From Moniliella sp. 'wahieum' (lineage: Eukaryota): a DNA stretch of 64,000 nucleotides. The stretch lies in contig RSEE01000126.1 in assembly GCA_003971905.1 (NCBI GenBank), forward strand, positions 62,001 to 126,000, given 5' to 3'. This document shows, piece after piece, positions 48,790-63,200 of the stretch. The notes under the pieces were generated by a model. It had not been told where the DNA came from, searched no databases, and saw nothing but the letters and a program-made list of their open reading frames with translations. The position numbers were made by a program, and so were the translations under genes. Position 1 is the first letter of the stretch. Each line of letters opens with the position of its first letter.

Positions 48790-49739
48790 TACCACGTGGC
48801 CGTCAGCGCCCCCCGCTCCCCTCCCGGTCCGTCCTGGCGCGCTGGGTACGATGCCAAGTGAGCCCACATGCTCGGCAGCCCACTGCACGCGGGCCGAACC
48901 AACGGGCGGGTTCCAGTCAAACTACGGTTGTTCACGTCTTTGTAGTTTTGGTCTCCCTCTTCTTTCCTTTTTGGTCCTTTGTTGGCTCAAATTCGTTCCC
49001 CACATTGGGCTCGCGATGTCATTTGGTGTGATGGTATGGTTCGGATCGCCCCCACTTATTGGGCTCAGAGTTAGCTTGTATGCATATAGGGAATTGGGTA
49101 CTTTTCTGTGTACTTACAGAATCGATGGACAGATCATGTTGTTCTCAGTCAGTCGCCCATGCTACGCTCTTCATAACATAGACCTCGATATACAAATTCC
49201 CTCATCGACATCATAGTGGATCCATTCCTTTTTTCCCGCTTGGCACTATCTACCACCACTGAAGTACTACGTTCAGGGTAGCAAGGGTCTGGGAACCCAC
49301 CCCCACCCCCCGCGGCTGCTATCACGACGATGCTCGCGTGCCAGTGAGTTACATGTGGTTTGGTGAGCCGGGGCTTTTAAGGCCAGTCGAACGAAGTCCG
49401 CGGGCCTTACGTTATTTTGGTTGGCCTTGAATACGAAAAGTCGATGAGATATGAAAAGGTGGATGACCTCTCCCTTTTCCCCGCCACAGAAACGTACAGT
49501 GCTGCGATAGAATGCACTCAGTGTCTACAACTCCGGCCCAAGTCAATGTAGTTAACTGGTACCAAAAGAGAGGTAAGGATGTCAAGTACGTGTATACTCA
49601 CGCCATAGTGATGCACATGTAGTTGTGTTCTCATTCTCATATTCCCATCCTCTCGCGTATTTTCACTACTTGCGGTTCACACTTCCAGCTTGTCACTCGA
49701 ATTCAATCATCAATACCTTGTTCTACTCACGACGGTTGG

Positions 49740-52700
49740 TTACGCTGTTGGCGCGTCTTGGCGAAGCTTGTTGATGTGCTGGTAAAACTGCACGTGGGAC
49801 GCGCCCGAGCCATGGGCATAAATGAAAGACGCCGCGACAAACGCGGCAAAAGCCGAGCGAGCATATGCCACCGGGATGCGCGCCACCAGCACGTCCAGGC
49901 CCACCTTGTTCCGCAGCGTGGCCGGGAAGACATGGGCCATGACGCTGCCGCACGCCCTCGTCGTCGTACAAGTTGGTCGCTGCGATTTCTTCCGAGAGCA
50001 GGTTGAGCGCAGTAGACAGTTCGGTCGACAATACCGAGCGTGCCCGGCCCGAGGCTTGGTGTTCCCTCCAAATCGCTTCGAATTCCATCGCTGCATTGCG
50101 CGCAATGATCGACTGAATGTCCCGCACGTAGCCCAGGTAAAACGGCGTCGGCTTGCCCCCCTGGAACGTCATGTTGAGCAAAAACTCCTCGTCCGTCAGC
50201 GACAGCCCGCACAGCACTTCCAACGACGACGATGTCACCCCGCCCTTGTTGGCACTCGCATCGGGGTAGAGAATGACGCCGTGCTTCTCGAGCTCAATCC
50301 GCGCTTGGCGCGTGATAAACAGGTTGGCACCCTCGACAATGTACTTAAAGTGGGGCTTTCCCTCGGCGTCAAACAGTTTGCCCACATTGGAAATGTTGAT
50401 CGCTTCGGGACGCCCGCCACAGGGGACAAAGAGATCGGCATGAAAGTTGAGGTGGGCCGTGTTGCGGTACGACAGACCGTCCGGGACCACCTCGCCTGAT
50501 GGCAAAGTCACATCCTTGTCTTCGACCAGGACGCGGAAGCCGCCCTTGCCCAGTTTGGCCAGGTCAAACTGATTGATCATCTTGCGCAGCTTGGCCAGGC
50601 GCACCAGTTCCGCCGCCCGGTCCAGCCCGGCCGGATCGTGCAGCACGCCCGCACCATCAATGATGGTTGTGGTCCGGTCCGAAGAGAGAAGAATCTCGTT
50701 CGAGCCCAGGTCGCCGTCCGGACCGCCAGTCTGCACCTTGGTCACCTCCTTCTCCTCCAGCCCAAGGCGACGGTACAAGCCCAACACGTACTGCCGGATC
50801 GAGAGCGACGTCATCCCCCACACGTCGTGTGGCACTCCGCCCAGCGTGGCGGCCGTCTTGCCCGTGGTAAACGATTTCCACCAGGGCGCGCCGCGCGCGC
50901 GCATGTTCCGCGCCCCAGTCCATAAACTCGGCCGTGCCCTCGTCCGGACCAAAGAACAAAATCTCCTCCTTGCCGTACAAGTCGACAATTTCTTCCTTGA
51001 CCCCGGGCGTCTCGCCCTTGATCAGCAAGTCAATCACCGCATCCACGTACTTTTCAAAGCACACTTGCGGCGTGGCCTCGAGCGTGGGCAAAATGGTACC
51101 CTTGGACCCGCCTTCGGGAATGTCCTTGTTCTTCAGGTGCTGGGTCCAGGCCAAGCCATAGTTCTCATCAAACAAGGTGCGTTGGTTGATCGAGTAATTT
51201 TCCCGGTTGCGCGACCGCACAATCCGAATCCCGCCACGCGCAATGTCGGCAAAGCGGACGTGGAAGCCACGGAAATCCGACCCGACCACAAAAAAGATCC
51301 CATACGGCTTGACGGGGTACTCGACCTCGGGCAAAAAGCCAGGATCCAATCGGAACGAAAGCGCCACCTTGGTAGGCGTGTAAAAGTTGGTCTTGAGCAC
51401 ACTCTTGTTGAACGCCAACAACGCTTCGAGCACTTGCAGTTCATGGGTATTGTTCGTGGCCTTGCGGATGCGGTCGTGGATTTGGGTATCGGTAAGAACT
51501 TCTTCCTTGACCAGACGCTGGTACGAAAGCGTCGGCACCAGCTCATCGTCCCCGGCTCCACCGGGGTAATGAATATTGGCAAAGTGAACGTAGAGCAGCC
51601 GGATCAGGTCCGGGAAACGCACCAGCACATCTTGGATGCTGGCCCGGGTAAACGTCTCTTCACGGAAACGCGTCTTGATCTCGTTGAGAATCGAGGCTTG
51701 GGCTGGATCGGTATCGTCCAGCAGGTTGCGCAGCGCTTGGTACGACTGGCCCAGACGATTGCAAAAGTGCTGGGCAAAGAGCCAGCCTACGTAGGCGTAC
51801 GTGGCCTCTTGCACCGCATGGCCTTGCTGCGGGTTGGTCGGGTCGCTGACCTGGAAAAAGGGGTTGTCGGGCAACGTGTAGAGCAGAGAGGCTTCCCGTG
51901 TGATCTGGTTGATCGAGTGTTCAATCGGTGGGTAGCCCGAGACCGGGAGCGGGTTGAGGTAGGCACACAAAATCGTCACGCCATTGCTAAACTGCTCCAC
52001 GTACTTGCGCGAAGAGAAGACCATAAAAGTGGTACAGGTCGCTAAAGCTGGAGAAGTAGTTGCTGGTTGAGCCTTGGCGGTAGCCGATCACCACACGGTG
52101 TTCGAGGCTGCCTTCCACTTGGTAGACCTCTATACCCAAGGACAACCACAGAACCAAAAAAAGATGCAAAGTCAGTACCTAATAGCCGGATATACATGGG
52201 GGGGGGGGGGTGAGACGAAAGCAAAAGGCAATACATACCAATGACGGGACCGGATCGACGCAGGACCTCAGTCATGACTTCCTGGTACATGTCGAGGGTT
52301 TTCTGCGAGGCGCGGGCCAAAAAGTTCGTGTCGGATACCTTGCGCAAGTCGGTAAACGCAGCTGAGGCCGGCTGGGGCACCGGCTGGACAAAGTCCGACT
52401 TGGTGAGAAAGTAGCAGCGCAGCTGTTGCTTGGACTGGGCCGAGACGGATCCGGTGGAGCGGTACGACTCGAGGCGGTACGAGTGCTGAAGCGTCGTGTT
52501 GTTGAGGTAGCGCTGGTCAATGCGGCGCTCCCAGTCGGGCTTGTTGCTCTGGCTAGCGCGGCCGGGCTGGGACGAGTGGATGTAGAGTGCGCCCGAGCCA
52601 TCGTCAGCCTCCTTCGAGGTCGACATCGAGGCTGGGGGTGTGGTTGGTGTAGGCGAGGATCTTGGCGCCAAAGAGGGCCATGACATGGTCTGCAATTGTC

Positions 52701-52985
52701 GCGGGCGCCTCGAGGGCAAAGTAGTTGTCGTCAATGCCGAGGCCGCGGTAAAACCACTGGACTTCGGATTCGACGAGGCTGGCTGGGATAAAGCCCTTGC
52801 TGTGCAGCAGCTCGACCACCTTGGCTGCCTGCTCGTCCTTGCCGTTGAAGACGGGCGTGGCGTAGCCGGCTTGGTTGGGATGATGTGGTCGGCGGGCGTG
52901 CGGGGGGCGGGGGGTGGGGGTGTCGGCCTTGAGCGCGGCGACGCTGGCGGGGACGCCCGAGGCGGCGGTGGCGGCGGGCAGACAT
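49740..52985 (-). CDS. GDH2: NAD-specific glutamate dehydrogenase
   Basis: FRGFHVRFADIARGGIRIVRS, KNKDIPEGGSKG, FFGPDEGTA, QTGGPDGDLGSNEI and DASANKGGVTSSSLEVL; intron at about 52134-52236. Confidence 0.97.
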
Positions 52986-54605
52986 GGGGACGCGGCGGAG
53001 CGCAGGGGGGGAAGACGGGGAGGCGTCGTGGCGAGGGAGGGACGCGGGCGAGGCGAGACGCTTAAAAGGGGGGCAGTGGGGTCTTCGCGACGGATGGCTG
53101 TGGAGGGGGCTGGATTGGGTGCTCTCTTCCTGCCCAGGATCCAGACGGCGGTCTGCGCAGCCGAGGCGAGAGGAGGCGACGGAGAGGGATGTGGCGCCGT
53201 GTGCGGGGAGGCGGGGGGCACTTGCGGGTACAGGCAGGCACAGGCAGGCACAGGCAGGCACAGGCAGGCCCAGCCGGGCCCAGCGGGGCAAGTCGGCCCG
53301 CGATTTGCCGTGCCTCGGCCAGGCGGGCGCACAGAGCGCCCTGGATGGGCGCCCCAACCGGCGCCCGCCAGGCACAGCACGCCCCCCTCACGCCCTGGCC
53401 CCCCACCCACACCCCAAGACCCCGCACGCGAGAGAGGCCGCACTGCCCCCCCCCCAGCCGCTCAGGCTCAGGCGCCTGCGCTCGGGCCAGCCCTGCCGCC
53501 AGCCCCCGCACCCTCCCTCCCCATCCATCCACCGCATCCCTCTCCACACGTCTCGGCGCGCAGCCCATCCATAGCCATGTCACCGCCTCTGACGAGCTGA
53601 CGCCTCTCGGCGGGTGCGCTCGGAGCGCGGGGAAAGACGGCGCGGGGGCTGGCCATGGCGCCCGTGCCTCACCAATACACAGACCCCTTCCGATGCCGAT
53701 CCTCTCTTCCCGTCGCCACGGCCAGACGGAAGCAAACGGCGAGCGGCGTTTAGCACGTGGCGTTTGGCGTTTGGCGCGTAGCGCGTAGCGCTTATTAGCG
53801 CACCCACCAGCGTCAGTAACCTAGTAACCATTGGGACCATCGGGCAAATAGCGGGGGAGTGGCGACTTGCACGGCCCAAACGTCTCATCCGCATGCGCGC
53901 CCATATGGGGAACGCACCACGCCAGAGCCGACGCAATGTTGAAGGGTTCACACTGACACGTCGACACCACGTCCACGGCAAATGCCTTACACGTTACCCC
54001 CCCCGGCATTGCGTCAGCGCAACACACCACAGACAGAGACGCTCCGCGCTACCCCCCCTCTTGCAGCTTAACGCCTTAACGCCGCTCCTTTCGGCGTCTT
54101 CCAGCTTCGGGACCTTTTGGAACAGATATTTTCATCTTCACCCCCACTACAGAACGCGACAAGACCGTGTGGGGCATCGCCACAGGGGCGACAGAAACAT
54201 ATGTGCTTCGTCCGTGGCAAGCCAACTGTCATGGTCCTCTTAGCGAATCAGGCAAATCTTCTCAGATCTCATCGATCTCACCGCTCTCTCGCCGATCCTG
54301 CTCTCCTTTCTCCTACCAGTGCATCCTTTGCTTTCCTTGGTACTTGGCCTCACTCGTATTGCCCGACTCTTACACCGACGGGGGGAAGAATGGGATGCGC
54401 CCACCCACCGCGACGGAGGCGCACAGGAGACGATGCGTCTGGGGGATGTGGGGGGAGAGCTAGTGACGCGACGCGAGTGACAAGTGACCGGTGACCACTC
54501 AAGAAGGGAGATGGCCAACCAAAGCCAAATCGAACATTCCGACTTTGGATTCTTCCAGTGCCGAGCGGCGCTGCATTCCGCCCCCGCCGCGGGCGGAGTT
54601 ACTAG

Positions 54606-55561
<956 letters not shown>

Positions 55562-55844
55562 CCTCGTTGTTGTTCTGGTCTCCATCTCCCTCTCATCTTC
55601 CTCCCCCCCCCCCCCTGCCCTTGCTCCCTGCACATGTAGGTTAGCCAACGGGAAGCCAACTGTTTTTTTTATCCGCAGGGATACCATATGTTTATGTAGC
55701 CCTCCACGGCCCTTAGTCACGGACGGAAGTGAATGAATATCAAGTGTGCGCCCACGGCGCCTCTCGATGGTTTGCGTAGCATGGCGTGGCATGGCATGGT
55801 ATGGCTGTCGTTGTCATCGTCTCTGTCACAGTGCTGCACTTGGC

Positions 55845-57228
55845 TTAGGTAGGCCAGCTCTCGTCTTGCTCATCTACGTGGTTGAGTTTGCTTTTGGCTG
55901 GTCCCCGGCTGGGCCTGGTTGGATGGAGAAGCGGATGGATTTTCAACCTAGGAGGGAGAGAAGGCGAGAAGACCCGAAAGGGGGCTCGACGTTTCGTTTC
56001 TCCCGTTTGGCTCGATGGACCACTAGAAGCCCGCCGCCTTGCGAACTTCGGCAGCAAAGTCAGCTGGCTCGGCGCTGTCGTCGGCAGTTGTCTCGCCCAC
56101 GGCCCAGCGCCGCAAGCCGGCCGCCTGGGCGTCCACCTGGGTCGCCTGGCTCCACGGAGAACGTCGTGGACCGACTGGGAAGCGTCAGCGGCCGTCTGGG
56201 GCGGAAGCGCCGAGGGGAGCATGAGGAAAGGTTGTTCCAGCAACGCTTCGGACGTCTCTTGCGCCGGCACGTGGTCTGCCAGCGGAGCGTCGCCCGAAAG
56301 AGAAGCAGTGGGCATGCCAGCCGCTTGACGTGCCAGCGACCGACCCAGCGAGCGCACTTGTTTGCTCAGATCGTCCGGGATGACATTTTGAGGTGCATTG
56401 CTAAGGTGAGCCAGGACCAAGGCACCCACTTTGCCCACGGTGACCGTATGCCCCTGCTTGTGCGCGGCCTTGGTCGCGTCGGACACCTCGGTTTCGCACG
56501 CGCACGGCTCGGCAAATGCATTGTGTGCATATGCAGCGATCACAGGTACCGCCGTCGTCGGCGCAGGGAAGAAGGCGGCAGCACGACGCACCTGGATGTT
56601 CTCGCCCAGGCGCGCAACAGCGTCGACATGGCTTGGCCAATGGTGATGGCCGACTTGGGCGGCGCAGCGCCCGGGTGCGAAGGCAGAAGCGGAAAGCGCG
56701 GTAAGCTGCTCCACCTCAATGTCCTGCAACCCGGTCTGCTCGCCGCCAGCAATCATCGGCAAGTTGGCGCGGAATGGACAATGTCGCGGGCGAGCGTTTG
56801 AAACACTCGCTCTTGGCCACAAAGTCCGTCTCGCACGCTACCTCGACAATCGCCGCGCTGGCGGCGCGCGGACGGCGGGCTGGTGCGCGGGACAAAGTTC
56901 CACCCATCGTTGAGGACAGCCAGGGCGATCGCACCCTCGTTAGCTGAGCGCGATCCCAGCTTGGCTGCCTTGGCTGCGCCCGACGCTTGCCGGTCCTGTT
57001 CCAGCCACGCAATTGCCGCCTCGAGCGAGTCGGCGCCCTCAGGCCCGTCCGGACGCGACGCCAACAACGCTTCCCGCGCCTTGGTCAGCACGTGCCCGGC
57101 ACGCGCTCCCGCACCAGCTTGATGTTCTTCACATCGGGCTTGCGCACCTCGAACCGCACCGCCGAGCCGTGCAGACGCGCGACGACGCAGCCCAGCACCG
57201 AAGGCCGCCGCACCGGCGCCATCGCCAT
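55845..57228 (-). CDS. TSF1: Mitochondrial translation elongation factor Ts
   Basis: KAREALLAS..LEAAIAWLE..GAAKAAKLGSRSANEG, IVEVACETDFVAKS and LLEQPFLM; basic presequence; 3' end approximate. Confidence 0.85.
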
Positions 57229-57796
57229 CGCACGCACACTCGGACACACACGCGCAAGCCTACGTGCCCACACGGACGGGGGTTAGCGCCGGCAAGCAGG
57301 GGGGAAGCAGCACGCACAGCATAGCGAGTGGGTTGGGAGCGACAGAGGTGGTTGGGACGCAGTGGCTCGTTCCTCATTTCTTCTCAGAGCCAGCGCCCAA
57401 TAAGAGCAGCGCTTCCACCGACTCTCATTAGCCCTGCGCGACGGGAAGGAAGCTTCCGCGTTTCAAATGTGCAATTGGCGGCGGAGTCGTGGCGGATTTT
57501 TGGCCGCCGCGGCCGCCGCCATGTCGGCTGGCCTGCCCGTCGGGTCGGGTGAGCGGCGTGTCCCGCAGAAGCGGCGGCCGAGGTGGAGGTCAGGCTGCGC
57601 AGCCGACGCGCGGCCGAGCAACCCCACGAGCTTCCGCCGGCTTCGGCGCGCAATGCTCTCTCTCTCACATCTCAGGTGTGGCCGCGCAGGGCAAACGCCC
57701 ACACACAACACACGGTCACATGTGACGTAAGAACCCAAATCGACCGCCTCTCGTTGGCCCTCGCCTCTTCGCACCTGTCCACTTGCATCCGCCCCC

Positions 57797-58516
57797 ATGA
57801 GCCCCTCTGCCACCGCCTCCGCCCCCACGTCCGTGCTCTTCGTCTGCACCGGCAACATCTGCCGCAGCCCCATGGCCGAGGCGTGCTGAAGCACGTGGTC
57901 AAGCAGCACGGCCTTGCCGCCCACTTCTCCACCATCGACTCGTGCGGTACGGGCGGGTACCACGTTGGCGACGCGGCGGATTACCGGTACGTGGTGGTTC
58001 GTGCTACGACGGCAGCGACGGCAGCGAACGCGGGGCAGGAACCTACGCTGAGCCTTGCCCCCCCCCCCTAACCCCCGTTGCTTGCCTGTCCTGTGGACCG
58101 AGCGGTCAGCTGACGCCTCCTGGCCTCCCCTGCCTCTCTCCCTTTGGTTTGTATACGCGGTTTTTGGTCGGCTATCTGCGTGGGCGCGTGCGCAGTACGC
58201 GTGCGGTGTGCCGGAAAGAAAAAACGTAGTGTGCGACAGTGTGGCGCGCAAGTTGCGTTCGACCGACTTTGAGCGGTTCGACTACATATTTGGGTTGGAC
58301 CAAGGCCATGTGCGCTACCTCCGTTCGCGTGCCCCGCCAGGGTGCAAAGCCCAGATTCGCCTCTTTGGCTCGGTCGACGATAACTTGGACGTGGACGATC
58401 CTTACTATGGCGACATGGCCGACTTTGAACAGTCGTTTGTCCAGTGCGATCGGTACGCGCGCAAGTTCCTCCAGTCCTCGGCTTGGCCGCGAGCAAGGCC
58501 TGAGGTTCAGCCATGA
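57797..58516 (+). CDS. LTP1: Low-molecular-weight protein tyrosine phosphatase
   Basis: VLFVCTGNICRSPMAE, IDSCGTGGYHVG, DFERFDYIFGLD and DVDDPYYG; intron from about 57987. Confidence 0.93.
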
Positions 58517-59705
58517 GCCTGAGAGCCAAGCTGAGCTGGGTCCTTGGTAGATAAGAGAGGCGCGTTGCGACAGCAGGAGGTGGCGGCCTTCGACGTTGGG
58601 AATACCATGGTCCATGGCGCTGGGAGGCGCAAGCGGAAGCGAGCCTGCGGGAAACTGTGTGCTGATCATGGTTCGGGGAAACAGTATCCTTCTTTGTTGC
58701 CATGTACTGATAGCACAGGTGCCTCCCCCCACACACACACTCATGCGCACCGGGGCCACGCCTTACGGGGGCGCGACTTGGCCTTCTGCACAACAATGTT
58801 GGGTGTAGTCTCTGGTCTCTACGAGCGGACGAGGAGGTGCCTAGTGTGGTACCCGGGGAAGGGCAAGGCGAGCAAGCAAGGCAGGCGGGGCGATTGGGTC
58901 GATGGATGGCCATGATCGATGATCCATTCGGGCCGGGAGCAGCAGAGGCTGAGGGCAGGATGGCTAGAAGAGAACCTGGCGCCCACGTACAGGAAGAGAG
59001 GAGAAGCGCACGTGGTGCTCGGTGGATGATTCATCGGTGCGATGGAGCAAGGCAGTGGAGAGGAGGCAGACACAGTCATCGATTCGTCAAGAGGTGTCTA
59101 CTAATATTCCGTGAAGTGGACGATGCGGACTCACCAACCAACAGCACCGGCCTTGCGCCGCCAGGCCATCGTGTACTGCTGACAACGGTCGGGTCAGTAC
59201 GAGGGGCACGTAGCGGGAGCAGATGGAAAACAAGGGAGAGAACCGATGGCCGGGCGGGCCAAATTGCCATGGGCGTTGGTACGATTGAATCTGCGCGATA
59301 TCTGATGTGACACGTAACTGCGACACGCAGTGTGAGTTGCCGTCCGCACTGAAGTACTGAGTTACTGATGGCTCGGAAACTATGGTGCTTGCAAATTCGG
59401 CACGCTGTGCCGGAGTTCATCTCGGCGATGGGATGCTGGGGATGGATGCTGGGATGGATGCTGGGATGGGTGTGTCGAGAGGAAGAGGAGGGTGAACGAA
59501 GAAAAAGACAAGACGCAGAGGAGGCTGCCAGTGGCTGCGATTGGCAACCGAGGGCAAGGAGTGTTGCTATGTGCAAGGCACAGCGCCTGTGTGGCGCGCG
59601 CTGCTAAGCTAAGCCAAGCCCAGCCAAGCCACAGCGAAGACATCCGCCGGAAGCTCCACCACCACCATCGCCCGCTGCCTCCACCTCGTGTGCTGTGTGT
59701 CGACG

Positions 59706-61887
59706 ATGCCCAGCGCCATGCCCAGCGCCATGCCAGCGCCATGCCCAGCACCCTCCCCCCCGCCAGCCCCCCGCCAGCCCCGCCCGCTCCCGCTCGGCCA
59801 GCACATCGGCCGATGTGTTTGCGCCCGGCATGTTTGCCCGCCCCGGCGCCCACGCCCCCCGCGCCCGCACCACCCGCGGCAACTCGCTCGCCACCCCCGC
59901 CGCCACGCACGCCGCCCTCCAGCACACCGCCCACATCGCCGCCTCCCTCCCTCCCTCACCCAGCGCCCGCGCCCGCCCACCCGCCCGTCGCCCGCACGCC
60001 CTCCGTGCCCATCATCCCCCGCCCGCGCCCGCGCCCGCGCCCGCCGCTGCCCCGCCCCCGAGCCCGCCTTCGACACACCCGCCGACGCCCACTCCCTCCA
60101 CTCGGCAGCATCCACTCCGCCGCCTCCCCCTCGCCTCGCCCTACCGCGAGTCCGTGCCCATCCCCGCCGCCGCGCGGCCCCTAACCCCGGCCCCGCCGCC
60201 GCCGCCACCGCCCTGCCCTCGCCCTCGCTCGACGCGTCCAGCGTCCCAGCCACCCCTCCTCCGACCCGGCCCTCGGCTCCACCCACCTGACCCCGCGCGA
60301 CTTTGGCCGCCGCAGCTCGCGTGCGTCGGGTCCCAAGGCGTGCTTTGCCCATCCCCCCCGCGCCCGCCCAGCCGCCCCCGCGCTCTCCTCCCCGCGCTCG
60401 TCCCTCGTGCCCGACTCGCCGGTCCACCGCATCCCCACCCCGCGCTCCCTCGTGTTGCCCCCGGCGCCTGTCGTCGACTTTAGCCAGCTCTCTGCCTCCA
60501 CCTCGCTTCCCGCCGCTCCGGTCTCCACCCCGCCTCTCTCCCCCGCCCCCGTTGACGGCGTCGAGGCGGGCGTGGCCAAGCTCGCGCTGTGGGAGCCGTC
60601 GCAGAGCACGTCGGTTGGCGCCAGCCGCGCTTCCTCGCCCCTCGTGCCTGCCTCCGACACGGCGTCCGGGCAGGAACAGCTGCCCTCCATGGCCACGTTG
60701 GGAGAAGCGAGTCGAACAGTGGTGTACAAGGAAAATGGACAGGGGATCAAGTTTGGCCAACTGTTTACCACCCGCAAGACAGTGGTCATTTTGCGTCGCA
60801 ATGGCAATGCCCCCACTTCCAGAACTATGTCAAGACATTGTGCAATGTCAACATGGCCGTCTTGGGCAAGGCTGGCTACTCGTTGATTGTGCTCGGCCCG
60901 GGCCCCGGGTAGCGGCCATGACCCACTTTCAAGAAACGTTCCCGGTGCCCTTTTCGCTGTATGCCGACCCGGACCAGAGCGTGGCCAAGGTGCTCGGCAT
61001 GCACGCCTACGTGCCCGACCCTTCGCCGGACCGAACCGGGAAAAAGGCAAGCAAAACCACGTTGCGCAAAGTCGGCTTGCTCCATCTGCCCTCGGCGCAC
61101 CATGGCAGCAGCACCACCCACCCTGCCAGCTGGACCATCCGCACCCTGTGGGGGGGCAGTTTGTGCTGGGTCCGGGCCTGCGGTGCAGCTGGGCGCACCG
61201 TCTGACGGCGCGTCGGACTATCGCGAGATCGAAACGGTCTTGTTGGCGGTGGGCGTGACGAATGCCATGTTGCCGTTGCGGCAACAAATTGATCCGACCG
61301 ATCGCGCGCGCGCGCGTTGGAAACGGTCGACTACTGGTCAGCTGAAAAACCGTACTAACCAACCCACCCCAAACGCCACGCACCAAGTCAAAAGAACAAC
61401 TCGAGCGGCTCCTTGGCCCCGCCCCCAGCCACGGCCTCCCATGGCGCCACAGCCCTGTTGCACGAAAGCAAACAACGCATCTCGCTCTTGCTCGGTCGCA
61501 ACAAACACCAACACCAACACCAACATCTCTCCTGCTTCCTCGTGTCAGGCACGGCGCCGTCCCTGCCTACGCCCCCAGCGCAGCGGACTGGAAAGCGTAT
61601 CGCACTTTTCCCCCAGCTTGCACAACCCGATCCCAGCGCCGCCGCTTCCGCCTCCGACCCACCGCCGCTTGTTCCTAGCCCTACCAGCCCGCACCCGTGG
61701 CGCACGGACGAGGCACGGGTACGGCCCTCGGCTCGCTGGACCGAGTCGAGTCGCCAACGGTCGCGTCCGCCGCCAGGGCAGTGGCAATGGTAGTGGTAGC
61801 GGTACTGCCCGACCAGGCCAGCCGAGCAAAATGTCCATTCGACAACTTACCACCGCCGCTCTCCAGCCTATGGACACGCAGGACTAA
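59706..61887 (+). CDS. AhpC/TSA-2 (thioredoxin-like) protein with long Pro-rich N-terminus
   Basis: ENGQGIKFGQLF..KTVVI..CPHFQNYVK, SLIVLGPG, PFSLYADPDQSVAKVLGM and GGQFVLGPGLRCSWAHRL. Confidence 0.75.
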
Positions 61888-62299
61888 GCAGGAGCCAGGA
61901 CGACAAATCCATCTGTCATTCATTGTTTTTTTCTGCTTGCTTCTGCTCGTGCCCTTGCTCTTGCTCCGCTTCTGCTTCCGCGTCCGCTCCCGCTTCCGTC
62001 TCGCCCGCGCGCACACAACGCATGCACATGCACATAAATCTCCCTTTTACTTTCTTTTTTTTCGCTACTCTTTTTTCAGGTTTTTGCCCAAGTGGGCTCT
62101 TTGCCTTGGCTCTTTGTCCCGTATACCTCTCTCTTTCTTTCTCTTTCTCTCCTCGTATGCACCCTATCCACCCGTTCTCTCTCCTTTAAGGGGCTCCTGA
62201 TTACCACTCTTTCCTTTCCACCTTGGATTGCCTATCGTTTCGTTGCGTTCGTTGCGTTTCGTTCTTTCTCCTTTTTCTTTTTCTTTTTCTTTTTTCCTT

Positions 62300-63200
62300 T
62301 TTCTTTTTCCTTCTTGTTGGTGCCAGTGCGACCTCCTGTATACCTGCCCTTCTTCGTTCCAGCCGCTCGCACGCTGCGTCGCGCCGCGTCGCGTCCGTTG
62401 TTCTTGTAGCCTCGTTCTCGGAGGGGGGTGGTGGTAGTGGTAGTGGCTGTGGTCGGGTGTTGGGATGAGCTTGTTGGTGTGGCGATAGACGAGGCGGCTA
62501 GAGAGGTGGTTGCTTCAGCGGTGGATGCGATGCGGATACGGATGCGGATGGGTGTGGGGGTGTGTATCGTAGCAGCGGGCGGGACGAGTCGGGGGTTGGA
62601 ACCTCAGCCAGAGGCGCTACGAACCTGCACTGATGTGTGTACGTTACGCTCGACACCGGCTCGCCCCACACCATCATGCTCTTGGGTCACGGCTCGACGA
62701 CCACCTCCATTTTCGTCTCTCTGGTGTGTTCATATACTTCATATACCGTTCTCCATTGAGCGCCAAGAGGCCACCACGAAGTGGCTCACCATGCATCCCT
62801 TTTCCTCCAGAAGACTCTAGGCTGGTCGTTAACGCAAGTCGAGATAGGGGCAAGAGTGGGGAGAGCGGGAGGTCGCTCCGAGCCACAGGACAGTAGTCGT
62901 ATACGCCATCCACGCTCTCGTCCACGTTGACAGCCGGTGGGGGATACAGTAGTGAGCAGATCCTCTTACTTTCATCCCCATCGTGACCGGGTCCAATGGG
63001 TGCATACAGGTTCAATGCTTCTCGGGCCCAATGGACTTGCGTCCGCGGCACGTCATCTTTGCCATATCCGCCCAACCGCGGCAGGCTCAGCCTTGGGGCG
63101 TAGGCTTTGTGGCTCCCGTTTGGCCGGATACGTTGTGGCCCGAACGGGTTGGTGGTCCCCTCCCTACTACTGGCACTGCAGTGCGGGTGGTCTGTGGTCC
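62300..63200 (-). CDS. Possible 3' exon(s) of a hypothetical protein
   Basis: The 133-aa ORF 62674-63075 has ordinary composition and is followed by a Thr/Ser-rich continuation; no recognisable motif. Confidence 0.25.

Noticed and set aside
49822..52045. Long plus-strand ORFs (225 and 490 aa) antisense to GDH2
   Set aside because: Shadow ORFs expected from GC-rich codon bias; no independent motifs.
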